From Myxococcales bacterium (GTDB taxonomy: Bacteria; Myxococcota; UBA727; JABDBI01): a stretch of DNA of 64,000 nt. The number at the start of each line of letters is the position of its first letter. Position 1 is the first letter of the stretch. The notes beneath the pieces were generated by a model. That model was given only the letters and a program-made list of their open reading frames with translations, did not search any database and had not been told where the DNA came from. The stretch spans positions 18,802 through 82,801 of the forward strand of contig CANFCB010000002.1 in NCBI GenBank assembly GCA_947445025.1, given 5' to 3'. Below, one piece after another: positions 10,207 to 19,461 of the stretch. The position numbers and the translations under genes are program-made.

Positions 10207-11591
10207 TAGGCACCTGTGTTTAAAAAGTAAGTTGAACTAACCAAGCATAAAAGTAAAACAACAGCGAAGGACGCCCAAGCATTTTGAAGAGAGGCGAGCT
10301 TGCGAGGCCTGTATCCTAGGAGTGATCTTCCAGTTGTTTGTGGATCAATGTGGCGAAAGTAATTTTGTATTAATGCGGTGATTAATAGTAAAAAGATGAT
10401 GAGCCAAAAACTGATGTTTAGAGCAGGAGAAAGCAGCGTTGATGAAAATAAATCCATATAACCAAGCCATAATGCAGTGCCTATTCCAAGGCCTGGCAAA
10501 GGAAACCAAAGTGCGAGGCTTGCCAGCCATAGATGATTAATTGTTGTGTCAATTAATTCGTGTTCCAGCTCCCAAAAAAGCAATTGTCCGACATAGAGCG
10601 TAAAAGAGGCGCAGATGACGGCACAGAAAAGCATTAAGATGGCAGCTCGAGAGGAGGCATCATGGTGGGGATCGAGGACAAAATTGATAAAAATAGCATT
10701 GTAAAAAACCAGCAGAGAAAGTCCAATTTGTCGGCAATCTTTTTCTGTAATTATCCACAAAGCACTAAAAAAGCTGCTGGCAAAAACCAAAATGGTAACC
10801 ACTGGGCTGCAAATAAATGCCGGCTGATAAAGATGCAGCGTATTTTTGATAGAAAATAGTAAGGCTGCGCCGGTCGGAATTATAAAAGCAACGTATAAAA
10901 TAATGATGGTAATGGAACTGTTTTCGAACATCGTGCGTGAGAATGGTGCAAAAAAAGGAATTAGAAGCCGTGTTAATGCGGGCGCTAATGCTATCCAATA
11001 AAGATAATAGCCAGCAACAAGCCAAACTGATTTGGGCAAAAATAAGACGGCAATTGAAAAAATATCAACTGTTAAAAAAAATAAACTGCTGACAAGAACA
11101 GCATTTCCTTTTTCAGAACCACCATGGCGAGCGCATAGAAAAAGAAATAAACATACACTTAAATTGGCTGTTATGATGGAAACGGCAAGAGTTGATGATA
11201 AAATGGTCAGTGTTGCTAAAGCGAGCAGCAATAAAATTATGACAGAGAAGGATAGTCCTTTATTTTCTGTGATACGTTTATTTAGAAAAAACAGACTAAA
11301 AAGGGCGAACCAAAGCGCTAATAATAAGACGAATTGAATTTGTCCTAAAGATAAATCGAGAACATTATCGTCAAGCCATAAAGAATAATTAAGCCGCCAG
11401 GTGAGCCGCTGTTCGCTTGAGAACAGGATGTGACCGCATTTTAGCAGAAAAGCGAGCCATACCGTTAAGACCGTTGTCGTAATTTGCCTCACAGATGTCA
11501 TGTCAAAATGTGGAATTCGTGAAACAAATATTGCTGAAAAAATAGGTATAATGACGAGTACAAGCAGCAGGTTATTGTCTGACATTGTCAT
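10206..11591 (-). CDS. nuoM: NuoM-like antiporter-type membrane subunit (divergent, 461 aa)
   Basis: Polytopic membrane protein at the M position of the operon. RHGGSEKGNAVLV occupies the place of the WGGxxRxYAAxKF motif. The central TM7-8 motif is degenerate (LLIPFFAPFSRTMFENSSITIIILYVAF). Confidence 0.5.
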   Translation of the reverse strand: MTMSDNNLLLVLVIIPIFSAIFVSRIPHFDMTSVRQITTTVLTVWLAFLLKCGHILFSSEQRLTWRLNYSLWLDDNVLDLSLGQIQFVLLLALWFALFSLFFLNKRITENKGLSFSVIILLLLALATLTILSSTLAVSIITANLSVCLFLFLCARHGGSEKGNAVLVSSLFFLTVDIFSIAVLFLPKSVWLVAGYYLYWIALAPALTRLLIPFFAPFSRTMFENSSITIIILYVAFIIPTGAALLFSIKNTLHLYQPAFICSPVVTILVFASSFFSALWIITEKDCRQIGLSLLVFYNAIFINFVLDPHHDASSRAAILMLFCAVICASFTLYVGQLLFWELEHELIDTTINHLWLASLALWFPLPGLGIGTALWLGYMDLFSSTLLSPALNISFWLIIFLLLITALIQNYFRHIDPQTTGRSLLGYRPRKLASLQNAWASFAVVLLLCLVSSTYFLNTGA

Positions 11592-11594
11592 ATT

Positions 11595-12785
11595 TTAAAT
11601 TCCTGCGTAGTAAATCAGTAATAGAGTTAAGGCCAGTAACACAACTGTAATTGCTTTTTGGGCGCCGCCGGCATTTAGTAATCTTAAAACGATTCGTACA
11701 AAGGCGGCAAGGATTTGTGGGATTTGTATCCACAAGATATAAATGGTTGGTGCAATAATCTCTCTGGTAAAATAGGCGAGGGAACTAGTTGTTTTTAAAT
11801 AGATTTTTTCCATTAAACTATCGACTCTCCAGCCAGATAGAATCAAAGACCTCCAGAGGGATTCCTCTTTTATTGGTGCATGGTTTTCCAGGGCTCTCCA
11901 ATTAAATAAAAATGGAAAAAACATGCATGTAACTAGCATAAATACTAAAGCAACATTGGAGTGGTTGGTTAAGGTGGCGATATAAAAAAGAGAGATCCAC
12001 AAAAACGCAAGATTGGTACGCAGAGATAAACTGTTTTGACGAAGAAAAACGCTGATAAGAGCGAACAAAGCTGAAAAAATATAAAGTATAGCAAAAATTA
12101 ATTTCAATTTTTCCGGAATTAAGAAAAATAAATTACTTTTGACGAAAAGAATGTAACTGCCAAAACCCATCGAAAAGAAATAAAAAGTGCGTGCGGCAGG
12201 AGAGATGAAATGCAGGTGAGATTGCAGTGAAGTTGTGAGTATTAAAGGAGATGTACGTATGAAAATACCGAGGAGAAATAAGGATGCGCATATGTCAATT
12301 GAGATATTCAGTCGCCAAGCAGTAATGCTAAATAGTAGCAGCAAGTCGCTTGAGCGATGCCATAACAGTATTGATGTCAAACTATCTGATTTATATGCTT
12401 GACTGCTAAAGAAAAAAGGAATGCTGGTGAGTAAGCCAGATAGAATAGTGAGAGTGACCGTCACGGTGATGTGATTTGAAAATAAAAGACTGATCAGACA
12501 AGCCTGTACCACTAAAAACAAGACCACGGCTTTATGAAAAATTTGCCTAGGGATAAAAAACAAAGTGATGCCACCGCCAAAGGCTAAGGCGACGCTTAAG
12601 TAGTTCCAAGGTGGCCAGTGACCACTTACACTTATTTGACTACATAAAATTAAATTAAGTAAACAAATAGAAACAATAAAAATTTTATTTTTAAAGGTTT
12701 TGAAAAGTCGAGTAGTGATGGGCGCTAAAGCAGCGGCGAGAAGATATAATCCAATCACTACCCATAGATTGACTGATGTTGTCAT
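11595..12785 (-). CDS. nuoL: shortened NuoL-like membrane subunit (396 aa) retaining a C-terminal lateral-helix/TM16-like end
   Basis: It sits between the K-like and M-like genes. ILLWHRSSDLLLLFSI resembles FIVNRIGDFGFLLGI. The C-terminal GWRVDSLMEKIYLKTTSSLAYF...LLNAGGAQKAITVVLLALTLLLIYY resembles the NuoL HL helix plus the last TM. It is about 200 aa shorter than typical NuoL. Confidence 0.5.
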   Translation of the reverse strand: MTTSVNLWVVIGLYLLAAALAPITTRLFKTFKNKIFIVSICLLNLILCSQISVSGHWPPWNYLSVALAFGGGITLFFIPRQIFHKAVVLFLVVQACLISLLFSNHITVTVTLTILSGLLTSIPFFFSSQAYKSDSLTSILLWHRSSDLLLLFSITAWRLNISIDICASLFLLGIFIRTSPLILTTSLQSHLHFISPAARTFYFFSMGFGSYILFVKSNLFFLIPEKLKLIFAILYIFSALFALISVFLRQNSLSLRTNLAFLWISLFYIATLTNHSNVALVFMLVTCMFFPFLFNWRALENHAPIKEESLWRSLILSGWRVDSLMEKIYLKTTSSLAYFTREIIAPTIYILWIQIPQILAAFVRIVLRLLNAGGAQKAITVVLLALTLLLIYYAGI

Positions 12786-12791
12786 AAGGGT

Positions 12792-13100
12792 TTAACCACG
12801 CAGCTGCCTCATTTCATCAATATTAAGAGTCCCTTGGTTGCGATAGATAAAAATAACCAGACCACCTGCAAGCATCGTTTGCAGTGAAAAAATAACGATT
12901 AAGATTAGAGCGAGCGAAATGGCTTTGATACCGCCATGCTCTGCAAAGCATGTGGCAAGGAAAAGAATTATTCCTAGAAATGCGACATGTAGGCATAAAG
13001 AAATGGCAAGTATGCTACGACGACACAACGCACCACAAATTCCTAAAATGACCAATGAGCCAGATAGCATTAATAAAAGATTTAGCGGCATTTGCTGCAC
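12792..13100 (-). CDS. nuoK: NuoK-like subunit (102 aa) with both conserved membrane glutamates substituted
   Basis: It aligns colinearly by eye to E. coli NuoK (RR after TM1; C-terminal NIDEMRQLRG versus NIDSVSEMRG). E36 aligns to His (SLCLHVA versus IGLEIM). E72 aligns to Gln (FSLQTML versus AAAEASI). Confidence 0.8.
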   Translation of the reverse strand: MQQMPLNLLLMLSGSLVILGICGALCRRSILAISLCLHVAFLGIILFLATCFAEHGGIKAISLALILIVIFSLQTMLAGGLVIFIYRNQGTLNIDEMRQLRG

Positions 13101-13157
13101 CTTACTTTAGGTTTCATTTTGTTTTACCTAAAAAGCAGAGTTAAAGTCCATCATTGT

Positions 13158-13661
13158 TTATGGCAAACTCCTGTTTTTATCTTGCCGAATGAGCAAGAGC
13201 GTACTGATGAAGATAAAAGGGCTCAAGGCAAGTAGCAGGAAAATAGCAAAAGCATATTCGGTTTGAAAAAGTTTCACGAGCATTTTGATGTCGATAGGCG
13301 TAGGACTGATTTTGAAAATATGGAAGGCAGGGATAATCATGGCGAGGTTCGCTGCTGCATAAAAAACCACAAGCACAAAAAAGAATTTGCCAGGCATTAG
13401 CCGTCTGGGGGATTTCTGGCTATTTTGCGAGCCCAGGAGAAAAAAGCTATGTAGCAAAACCAATGCGCTGGTAGTCCCTAAATGCCAAAATAACATGGCA
13501 CTTAAAATCTCTAATCCCATCATGTACAAAAGCCCGCAGACGCTAAAAATGACCATCAACAAAGATAAAATAGCATATAAAAAATTACGAAAAAATATCA
13601 CGCCCATGGCGCCGCTCAGTGTCAATGCGGTGAAAAGATACTGTAAAAGGTTTAAGTTCAT
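13158..13661 (-). CDS. nuoJ: NuoJ-like membrane subunit (divergent)
   Basis: Five-TM protein and first gene of the operon. NFLYAILSLLMVIFSVCGLLYMMGLEILSAMLF resembles NPVHALLYLIISLLAISGVFFSLGAxFxGALEIIVY. The likely start is ATG 13661; the ORF track extends to 13691. Confidence 0.6.
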   Translation of the reverse strand: MNLNLLQYLFTALTLSGAMGVIFFRNFLYAILSLLMVIFSVCGLLYMMGLEILSAMLFWHLGTTSALVLLHSFFLLGSQNSQKSPRRLMPGKFFFVLVVFYAAANLAMIIPAFHIFKISPTPIDIKMLVKLFQTEYAFAIFLLLALSPFIFISTLLLIRQDKNRSLP

Positions 13662-13727
13662 GTTAAGCCCCCTTTTCATGGTGAATATCATCGTACAGGA
13701 TACTTGAAAATCTTTAGAGGAAAAACA

Positions 13728-14012
13728 ATGATTTTTGCAGCGGCAGAAGTTCGAAAATTAGCGCGCTTAGCAAGATTGTCGCTGAGCGATGAAGAAGTAA
13801 GCAGTATGCAGCATCATCTGGGCGAGGTCACCAAGTATGTGGATAGCTTGCAAAAAATAAATGTTGATCAAGTTGAGCCTATGACGCACGCTGTGCCTTT
13901 AGATTTGCCGCTTAGGGTCGATGAAGCAAGGCCTGGTGTTGGTCGTCTCGGTTTAGTTAGCTCGGCAGGCTATGAAGATGGGCTTATTAAGGTGCCTAAG
14001 ATTATCGAATAA
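13728..14012 (+). CDS. gatC: Asp/Glu-tRNA(Asn/Gln) amidotransferase subunit C
   Basis: VRKLARLARLSLSDEEVSSMQHHLGEVTKYVDSLQKINVDQVEPMTH is a typical GatC sequence. An RBS (agagga) lies before ATG 13728, and the gene is immediately upstream of gatA. Confidence 0.9.
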   Translation: MIFAAAEVRKLARLARLSLSDEEVSSMQHHLGEVTKYVDSLQKINVDQVEPMTHAVPLDLPLRVDEARPGVGRLGLVSSAGYEDGLIKVPKIIE

Positions 14013-14025
14013 AGGATTTTTAAGT

Positions 14026-15492
14026 ATGCGTGAAACAAAACCAGAAACATGGTCATTACCAGAGGCGGCTGCTCGACTTCGATCAGGCGAGATTTCTAGT
14101 CGTGAATTAACCATCAGTTGCTTCAAGCGTATTCATGAACACGATGGCAATATCGGCGCTTTTCTTTGTCTGACTGAAGCGTCGGCGTTATTGGCTGCAG
14201 ATGCCTCAGATGAACGTCGAGAAACCAAACAAACTCTAGGACTTTTGGACGGTGTCCCTGTTGCCGTCAAGGATATGATACTAACAGAAGGGGTGCCCAC
14301 CACTGCCGGCAGTAAAATTTTAGAAGGATACAGGCCTCCTTATGATGGTACTGTGGTGGCTAAATTGAAAAGCGCGGGCGCGGTTATGATGGGCAAATTA
14401 AATCAGGATGAATTTGCCATGGGTTCTTCGACGGAATCAAGCGCTTATAAGCTCTGTAAAAATCCTTGGGATTTTTATAGAACACCAGGTGGATCCTCTG
14501 GTGGTTCAGCCGCTGCAGTTGCTGCAGGTTTTGTTTTTGGAACTTTGGGAACTGATACCGGTGGATCGATTCGGCAACCCGCTTCATTTTGTGGCATTGC
14601 TGGCATCAAACCAACCTATGGTCGTGTCTCTCGTCAAGGCGTTGTCGCCTATGCTAGTTCCCTTGATCAAGTTGGACCTTTTGCCAAAGACGTTAGTGGT
14701 GCAGCCATAATGTTGCAGGCTATAGCCGGTCACGATGCGCGTGATTCGACTTCTGTCAAACAAGCTGTGCCCGACTATTTGCAGGCTTTGACCGGTGATG
14801 TTAAGGGCCTCAAAATCGGCATTCCCCGTGAATATTTTATCGAAGGTTTGGATGCTGAAGTTCGCGACTCAGTGCAAAAATCCATAGCCGCTTTACAAGC
14901 CAGTGGCGCTGAAATCATAGACGTGTCTCTGCCTCATACCGAACATGCCGTGGCGACTTATTATGTGATTGCCACAGCAGAGGCCGCGTCTAATCTCTCT
15001 CGCTACGATGGCGTTCGTTTTGGTCCCCGTCTAGGTGATCAAAATGGTTTATTGTCTATGTATGAAGAGACGCGCGGGCAACTGTTTGGTCCAGAAGTAA
15101 AAAGGCGCATCATGCTCGGAACTTATGTTTTAAGCGCTGGTTACTATGATGCTTATTATTTGCGAGCACAAAAAGTGCGTCGTCTTTTTGCCGATGACTT
15201 TAAAAATGCCTTCCAGAATGTTGACGTCATTGTTTGCCCAACCACGCCGACACCAGCCTTTGGGATTGGTGAAAAAAGCGATGACCCTCTGCAGATGTAT
15301 TTGAATGATATTTTTACCGTGAGCGCCAATCTGGCAGGTTTACCTGCGATGTCGTTGTTAACGGGTTTTTCTAAGCAGGGTCTGCCGCTGGGTACACAAA
15401 TTATTGGTCGTCCTTTTGACGAGTCAACTTTAATGAATGCCGCATTTGCTGTGGAGCAAACGCTCAACATAGAACGTGATCTGGGTTGGTAG
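14026..15492 (+). CDS. gatA: Asp/Glu-tRNA(Asn/Gln) amidotransferase subunit A
   Basis: Amidase signature [14 protein letters not shown]...[16 protein letters not shown]. The N-terminal ELT..C..RI motif is present and the length is about 488 aa from ATG 14026. Confidence 0.95.
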   Translation: MRETKPETWSLPEAAARLRSGEISSRELTISCFKRIHEHDGNIGAFLCLTEASALLAADASDERRETKQTLGLLDGVPVAVKDMILTEGVPTTAGSKILEGYRPPYDGTVVAKLKSAGAVMMGKLNQDEFAMGSSTESSAYKLCKNPWDFYRTPGGSSGGSAAAVAAGFVFGTLGTDTGGSIRQPASFCGIAGIKPTYGRVSRQGVVAYASSLDQVGPFAKDVSGAAIMLQAIAGHDARDSTSVKQAVPDYLQALTGDVKGLKIGIPREYFIEGLDAEVRDSVQKSIAALQASGAEIIDVSLPHTEHAVATYYVIATAEAASNLSRYDGVRFGPRLGDQNGLLSMYEETRGQLFGPEVKRRIMLGTYVLSAGYYDAYYLRAQKVRRLFADDFKNAFQNVDVIVCPTTPTPAFGIGEKSDDPLQMYLNDIFTVSANLAGLPAMSLLTGFSKQGLPLGTQIIGRPFDESTLMNAAFAVEQTLNIERDLGW

Positions 15493-15507
15493 TGAGGGTT
15501 TAAGGCT

Positions 15508-15861
15508 ATGGAGTTGGAACAGAGTTGTATATTTTGTAAAATCGTCCGCCAGGAAGTGCCCGCAAAACGCATTGCCGAAACAGAAAATGTTCTGGCTTTT
15601 TTTGATATCAATCCGGCTGCCCCGACGCATATTTTGCTTATACCCAAGCTGCATATTGCTTCAGGTAACGATTTAAATTTGGCACATGGTCCATTGCTGG
15701 CTGAAATGATTCTGTTGGCAACTGATCTGGCCAAACAACAACAAATCGATGGTACGGGATTTCGTTTGGTGTTGAACACGGGCCCTGCAGCTGGACAGTC
15801 CGTAGATCATATTCATTTACATCTATTGGGGGGACGTGAAATGGGATGGCCTCCAGGCTGA
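15508..15861 (+). CDS. HIT-family (HinT-like) nucleotide hydrolase
   Basis: CIFCKIV N-terminal motif and the histidine triad HIHLHLLGG; 117 aa. Confidence 0.9.
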   Translation: MELEQSCIFCKIVRQEVPAKRIAETENVLAFFDINPAAPTHILLIPKLHIASGNDLNLAHGPLLAEMILLATDLAKQQQIDGTGFRLVLNTGPAAGQSVDHIHLHLLGGREMGWPPG

Positions 15862-15960
15862 TGCAAATTGAGCGACAGATATCCGATGAGATGTTGTGAT
15901 GAGCACGCTAAGACTCTTTGACACATTGTTGTTTTGATCGCTCACTATTTAGGGGATACG

Positions 15961-17538
15961 ATGGTCGTTGACTTAAGACATGCTGGACTGAATGAGGCCG
16001 AAAACGTACTGAGCAATCTCTCAGCGTCTTCTTTGACGGAGCATGCTATTAAGCGCGAGGAAGGGTGTTTAAGCAGTAAAGGCGCTTTAGTGATCCGGAC
16101 CGGGAAGTATACGGGTCGATCTCCCAATGATAAATTTATTGTGCAAGATGAGACGACGGAAAAGTCAGTTTGGTGGGGCAAGATTAATAAGCCCATTTCG
16201 CCAGATGTATGCCATAGACTTCGCCAGCGCATGCTTGATTATTTAAAAACATGTGACTTGTTTGTGCAAGATAGCTTTGCCGGTGCAAGTCCCAAGCATC
16301 GCCTGCGGGTTCGAGTAATTACCGAGAGAGCATGGCATGCTTTGTTTGCCAAAAACATGTTTATCGATCCTGCAAAGGCGGATCTTGCTGATTTTGTACC
16401 TGAATTTACTGTGATTCATGCACCAGGATTTAAAGCAGATCCAGCGAGAGATGGCACTAATTCCGAGGCTGCCATTATTGTCGATTTTTCTCAAAAACAG
16501 GTTCTGATTTGTGGGACAGAATACGCTGGCGAGATTAAGAAGAGTATTTTTTCTGTGCTCAATTATTTGTTGCCTGCCAAGAATATTTTAGGCATGCATT
16601 GCTCGGCTAATATTGGATGCGATAACGATGTCTCGATTTTTTTTGGTTTAAGTGGCACAGGTAAAACCACTTTATCTGCTGATCCTTTGCGTCAATTAAT
16701 TGGCGATGATGAACATGGTTGGAATGACGAGGGCGTTTTTAATTTTGAGGGTGGCTGCTACGCCAAAGTGATTCGCTTAAGTCCCAAGGACGAGCCCGAA
16801 ATTTTCAAAACTACGCAAACCTTTGGTACCATTTTGGAAAATGTGGTGGTGCATCCAGAGACGCGTGAGCTTGATTTGCAGGATGATCGCTACACGGAAA
16901 ACAGCAGAGCCAGTTATCCCATTTCTGAAATTTCCAACGCTTATATGCCTGGGCTTGGCGATCACCCAAAACATATCGTTATGTTAACGTGCGATGCTTT
17001 TGGCGTTTTACCGCCGCTGGCGAAGTTAACCCCTGAGCAAGCCATGTATCATTTTATCAGTGGCTATACAGCAAAAGTGGCCGGTACTGAGCGTGGTATC
17101 ACAGAGCCAGCGGCGGTATTTTCCGCGTGTTTTGGTGCACCTTTTATGCCGCGCCATCCTCACATCTACGCAAAGATCCTCGGTGAAAAAATTGCTCATC
17201 ACCAGGTTGATTGTTGGCTGGTCAATACCGGTTGGACGGGCGGTCCGTATGGCGTGGGAAATCGGATGAAAATTTCCTGGACGCGTACTTTGATATCTGC
17301 GGCACTGTCAGGGGCTTTAAAAAATACCAAGTTTGTTGATCATCCATATTTTAAAGTGGGAATGCCTACGGAAGTGGCCGGAGTGCCTTCTGATATTTTA
17401 GATCCTCGTCGTGCCTGGCCTGATGTGCAAGCCTATGATGAGCAAGCAAAACGTCTTGTGCAGCTATTTCAAGCTAATTTTAAAGAATACGAGCAAGATG
17501 TCAGCGCAGATATTTTATCGGCTCAGCCAGGATTTTAA
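15961..17538 (+). CDS. pckA: phosphoenolpyruvate carboxykinase (ATP)
   Basis: GRSPNDKFIV, the kinase-1a motif FFGLSGTGKTTLS and IGDDEHGW are present. The size of about 525 aa is typical of ATP-type PEPCK. The likely start is ATG 15961, preceded by aggggata. Confidence 0.95.
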   Translation: MVVDLRHAGLNEAENVLSNLSASSLTEHAIKREEGCLSSKGALVIRTGKYTGRSPNDKFIVQDETTEKSVWWGKINKPISPDVCHRLRQRMLDYLKTCDLFVQDSFAGASPKHRLRVRVITERAWHALFAKNMFIDPAKADLADFVPEFTVIHAPGFKADPARDGTNSEAAIIVDFSQKQVLICGTEYAGEIKKSIFSVLNYLLPAKNILGMHCSANIGCDNDVSIFFGLSGTGKTTLSADPLRQLIGDDEHGWNDEGVFNFEGGCYAKVIRLSPKDEPEIFKTTQTFGTILENVVVHPETRELDLQDDRYTENSRASYPISEISNAYMPGLGDHPKHIVMLTCDAFGVLPPLAKLTPEQAMYHFISGYTAKVAGTERGITEPAAVFSACFGAPFMPRHPHIYAKILGEKIAHHQVDCWLVNTGWTGGPYGVGNRMKISWTRTLISAALSGALKNTKFVDHPYFKVGMPTEVAGVPSDILDPRRAWPDVQAYDEQAKRLVQLFQANFKEYEQDVSADILSAQPGF

Positions 17539-17576
17539 TTTTAATTGGGCACTGTATAGGGGGATATAGTTAGGCT

Positions 17577-18536
17577 ATGGAAATAGTAACCATTGGAACT
17601 CCGCTACTCTGGGGCAGCTTTACTTTATTCGTTCTGGTTATGCTGGTCCTTGATCTGTATGTATTTCATCGCAAAGCGCATGAAGTTAAAATGCGCGAGG
17701 CCATTGGTTGGACAGTTTTTTGGATCGGTCTTGCTGTCATTTTTAACCTTGGTATCTGGTATTGGTTTGGCGGAGAGCGGGCGCTTGAATTTCTTGCTGG
17801 CTACTTCATTGAAAAAGCACTTTCCGTCGACAATCTCTTTATTTTTCTCGTGATTTTTTCTTACTTCTCTGTGCCCAAAGCATTGCAACATCGCGTGCTA
17901 TTTTGGGGAATTCTGGGCGCTCTAATTATGCGCGGAGTCTTTATATCTTTAGGCGCGGTGCTCCTGCAGAGATATCATTGGATCATTTATCCTTTTGGCA
18001 TTCTGCTTATTTGGACAGGCGTTAAACTCCTGATTCAAAGAGCAAGAAAAGTTCACCCGGAAAATAATTTTGTTGTTCGACTTTTCAAACGCCTCATACC
18101 CATAACCGCCGATTACCGAGGAGAAGCCTTCGTAGTAATCGAATCCGGACGCAGGTATGCAACTCCGCTTCTTTTGGTTCTGCTAACAATTGAAATGACG
18201 GATCTAGTATTTGCTATCGATTCCATCCCGGCTATTTTCGCGGTTACCTCTGATCCGTTTATTGTCTATACCTCGAATATTTTTGCCATTCTTGGTCTTC
18301 GCTCACTCTATTTTGCGCTTGCCGGAGTGATGGGAAAATTTCACTACTTGCGGGTTGGACTCGCGCTAGTGCTTACATTTGTCGGAAGCAAAATGTTGCT
18401 GGGCGGTGTCTTCAAAATCCCTATTGTGGTTTCGCTGGCCGTTGTTGTTACACTTATCGGGGGCTCGATTATCGTGTCATTGTTATTTCCCCCAGTCCAA
18501 CCACCACTGCCTGTTCACCCTCCAGATCCCGAATAA
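17577..18536 (+). CDS. TerC-family integral membrane protein, copy 1, with Pro-rich C-terminal tail
   Basis: YFIEKALSVDNLFIFLVIF and TDLVFAIDSIPAIFAVT are the paired TerC DN/DS motifs. The tail reads PPVQPPLPVHPPDPE. Confidence 0.9.
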   Translation: MEIVTIGTPLLWGSFTLFVLVMLVLDLYVFHRKAHEVKMREAIGWTVFWIGLAVIFNLGIWYWFGGERALEFLAGYFIEKALSVDNLFIFLVIFSYFSVPKALQHRVLFWGILGALIMRGVFISLGAVLLQRYHWIIYPFGILLIWTGVKLLIQRARKVHPENNFVVRLFKRLIPITADYRGEAFVVIESGRRYATPLLLVLLTIEMTDLVFAIDSIPAIFAVTSDPFIVYTSNIFAILGLRSLYFALAGVMGKFHYLRVGLALVLTFVGSKMLLGGVFKIPIVVSLAVVVTLIGGSIIVSLLFPPVQPPLPVHPPDPE

Positions 18537-19354
18537 CTTACATCGAACGCTTCCATCATTTCTGAGACATTTTGGAAGCGATCATTAGGATTTTTTTGCA
18601 TGGCCTGAGTTATAATTTTTTGCAATTCGGGGGATTTTCCTAAATAAGAATCATTCATGACGTCGGGCAATTGGTTTAGCTGCTTAGCTAAAATATGATC
18701 GGCGGTCCCTCCGCTAAAAGGTTTTTGGCCGGTTAGTAAAAAAGCGATAACGGCGCCAAAGGAATAAATATCGGAGCGAATGTCCGGTTTACTTTCTTTT
18801 AAAATGCGCTCTGGAGCAATATAGCCGGGCGTGCCCCAAGGTTTTTTATCAAAATTATTCCCAGTAGCGTAGATGTCTTTAGCTATATCAAAATCAATAA
18901 TCTTGATGAGAGGGGCTTGGTTTTCTTGATGAGTTAGCAAAATGTTGGATGGCTTCAAATCAAGATGGGCGACGTTAGCTTGATGAATATGGATTAATCC
19001 GAGACTGATTTGTTCAATAAAGGGCCAAATGGTTTTAAAAGGAAGGCCGATGCTTTTTGGAGTAATGCGATTTAAGTGAACCCCTTCTAAAAATTCCATG
19101 ACGATGTAAACAATATTTTGCATTTGTCCTGAGTCAATAATGCCTATGATATTAGGATGGTTTAATCGATTTAAAATTTGCACTTCGCTAACAAAATGTT
19201 CTAGGGCAACAGGGTTTTGCGCATCAAAAATCTTAAGAGCAACATAAGCCTTGCTTTTGTTGTGTTGTGCGGAAAAAACAAGCGCCATTTTTTCAGAAGG
19301 GCTCATTTTTTTTATGAGTCGATAGTTGCCGATTAAATCACCAGATTTTACCAT
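18515..19354 (-). CDS. eukaryote-like Ser/Thr protein kinase, kinase domain only (279 aa)
   Basis: VALKIF (catalytic Lys), HLDLKPSNILL, DFDIAKD and GTPGYIAPE are present. No additional domains were seen. The 3' end overlaps terC copy 1 by 22 nt (convergent). Confidence 0.9.
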   Translation of the reverse strand: MVKSGDLIGNYRLIKKMSPSEKMALVFSAQHNKSKAYVALKIFDAQNPVALEHFVSEVQILNRLNHPNIIGIIDSGQMQNIVYIVMEFLEGVHLNRITPKSIGLPFKTIWPFIEQISLGLIHIHQANVAHLDLKPSNILLTHQENQAPLIKIIDFDIAKDIYATGNNFDKKPWGTPGYIAPERILKESKPDIRSDIYSFGAVIAFLLTGQKPFSGGTADHILAKQLNQLPDVMNDSYLGKSPELQKIITQAMQKNPNDRFQNVSEMMEAFDVSYSGSGG

Positions 19355-19461
19355 AAAGACCTTCCTCCTATGTACATTGGCTGAGATAAATTCTTTTAGT
19401 CAATCATCTGGGGTGTTATTTGTGAATTGACATGGGGGTTTGTCTACCTTAAATTCAATTC

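Noticed and set aside
15156-15779. A 207-aa minus-strand ORF spans the gatA 3' end and the HIT gene.
   Set aside because: It overlaps two confidently identified plus-strand genes and has no recognisable motifs, so it is a shadow ORF.
17625-17891. An 88-aa antisense ORF inside terC copy 1, with a matching 78-aa antisense ORF (58429..58665) inside terC copy 2. At first sight they look like a conserved overlapping gene.
   Set aside because: The conservation is explained by the two terC copies being paralogs. The antisense frames have no RBS, and the composition (K/E/N-rich mirror of hydrophobic codons) is typical of shadow ORFs.
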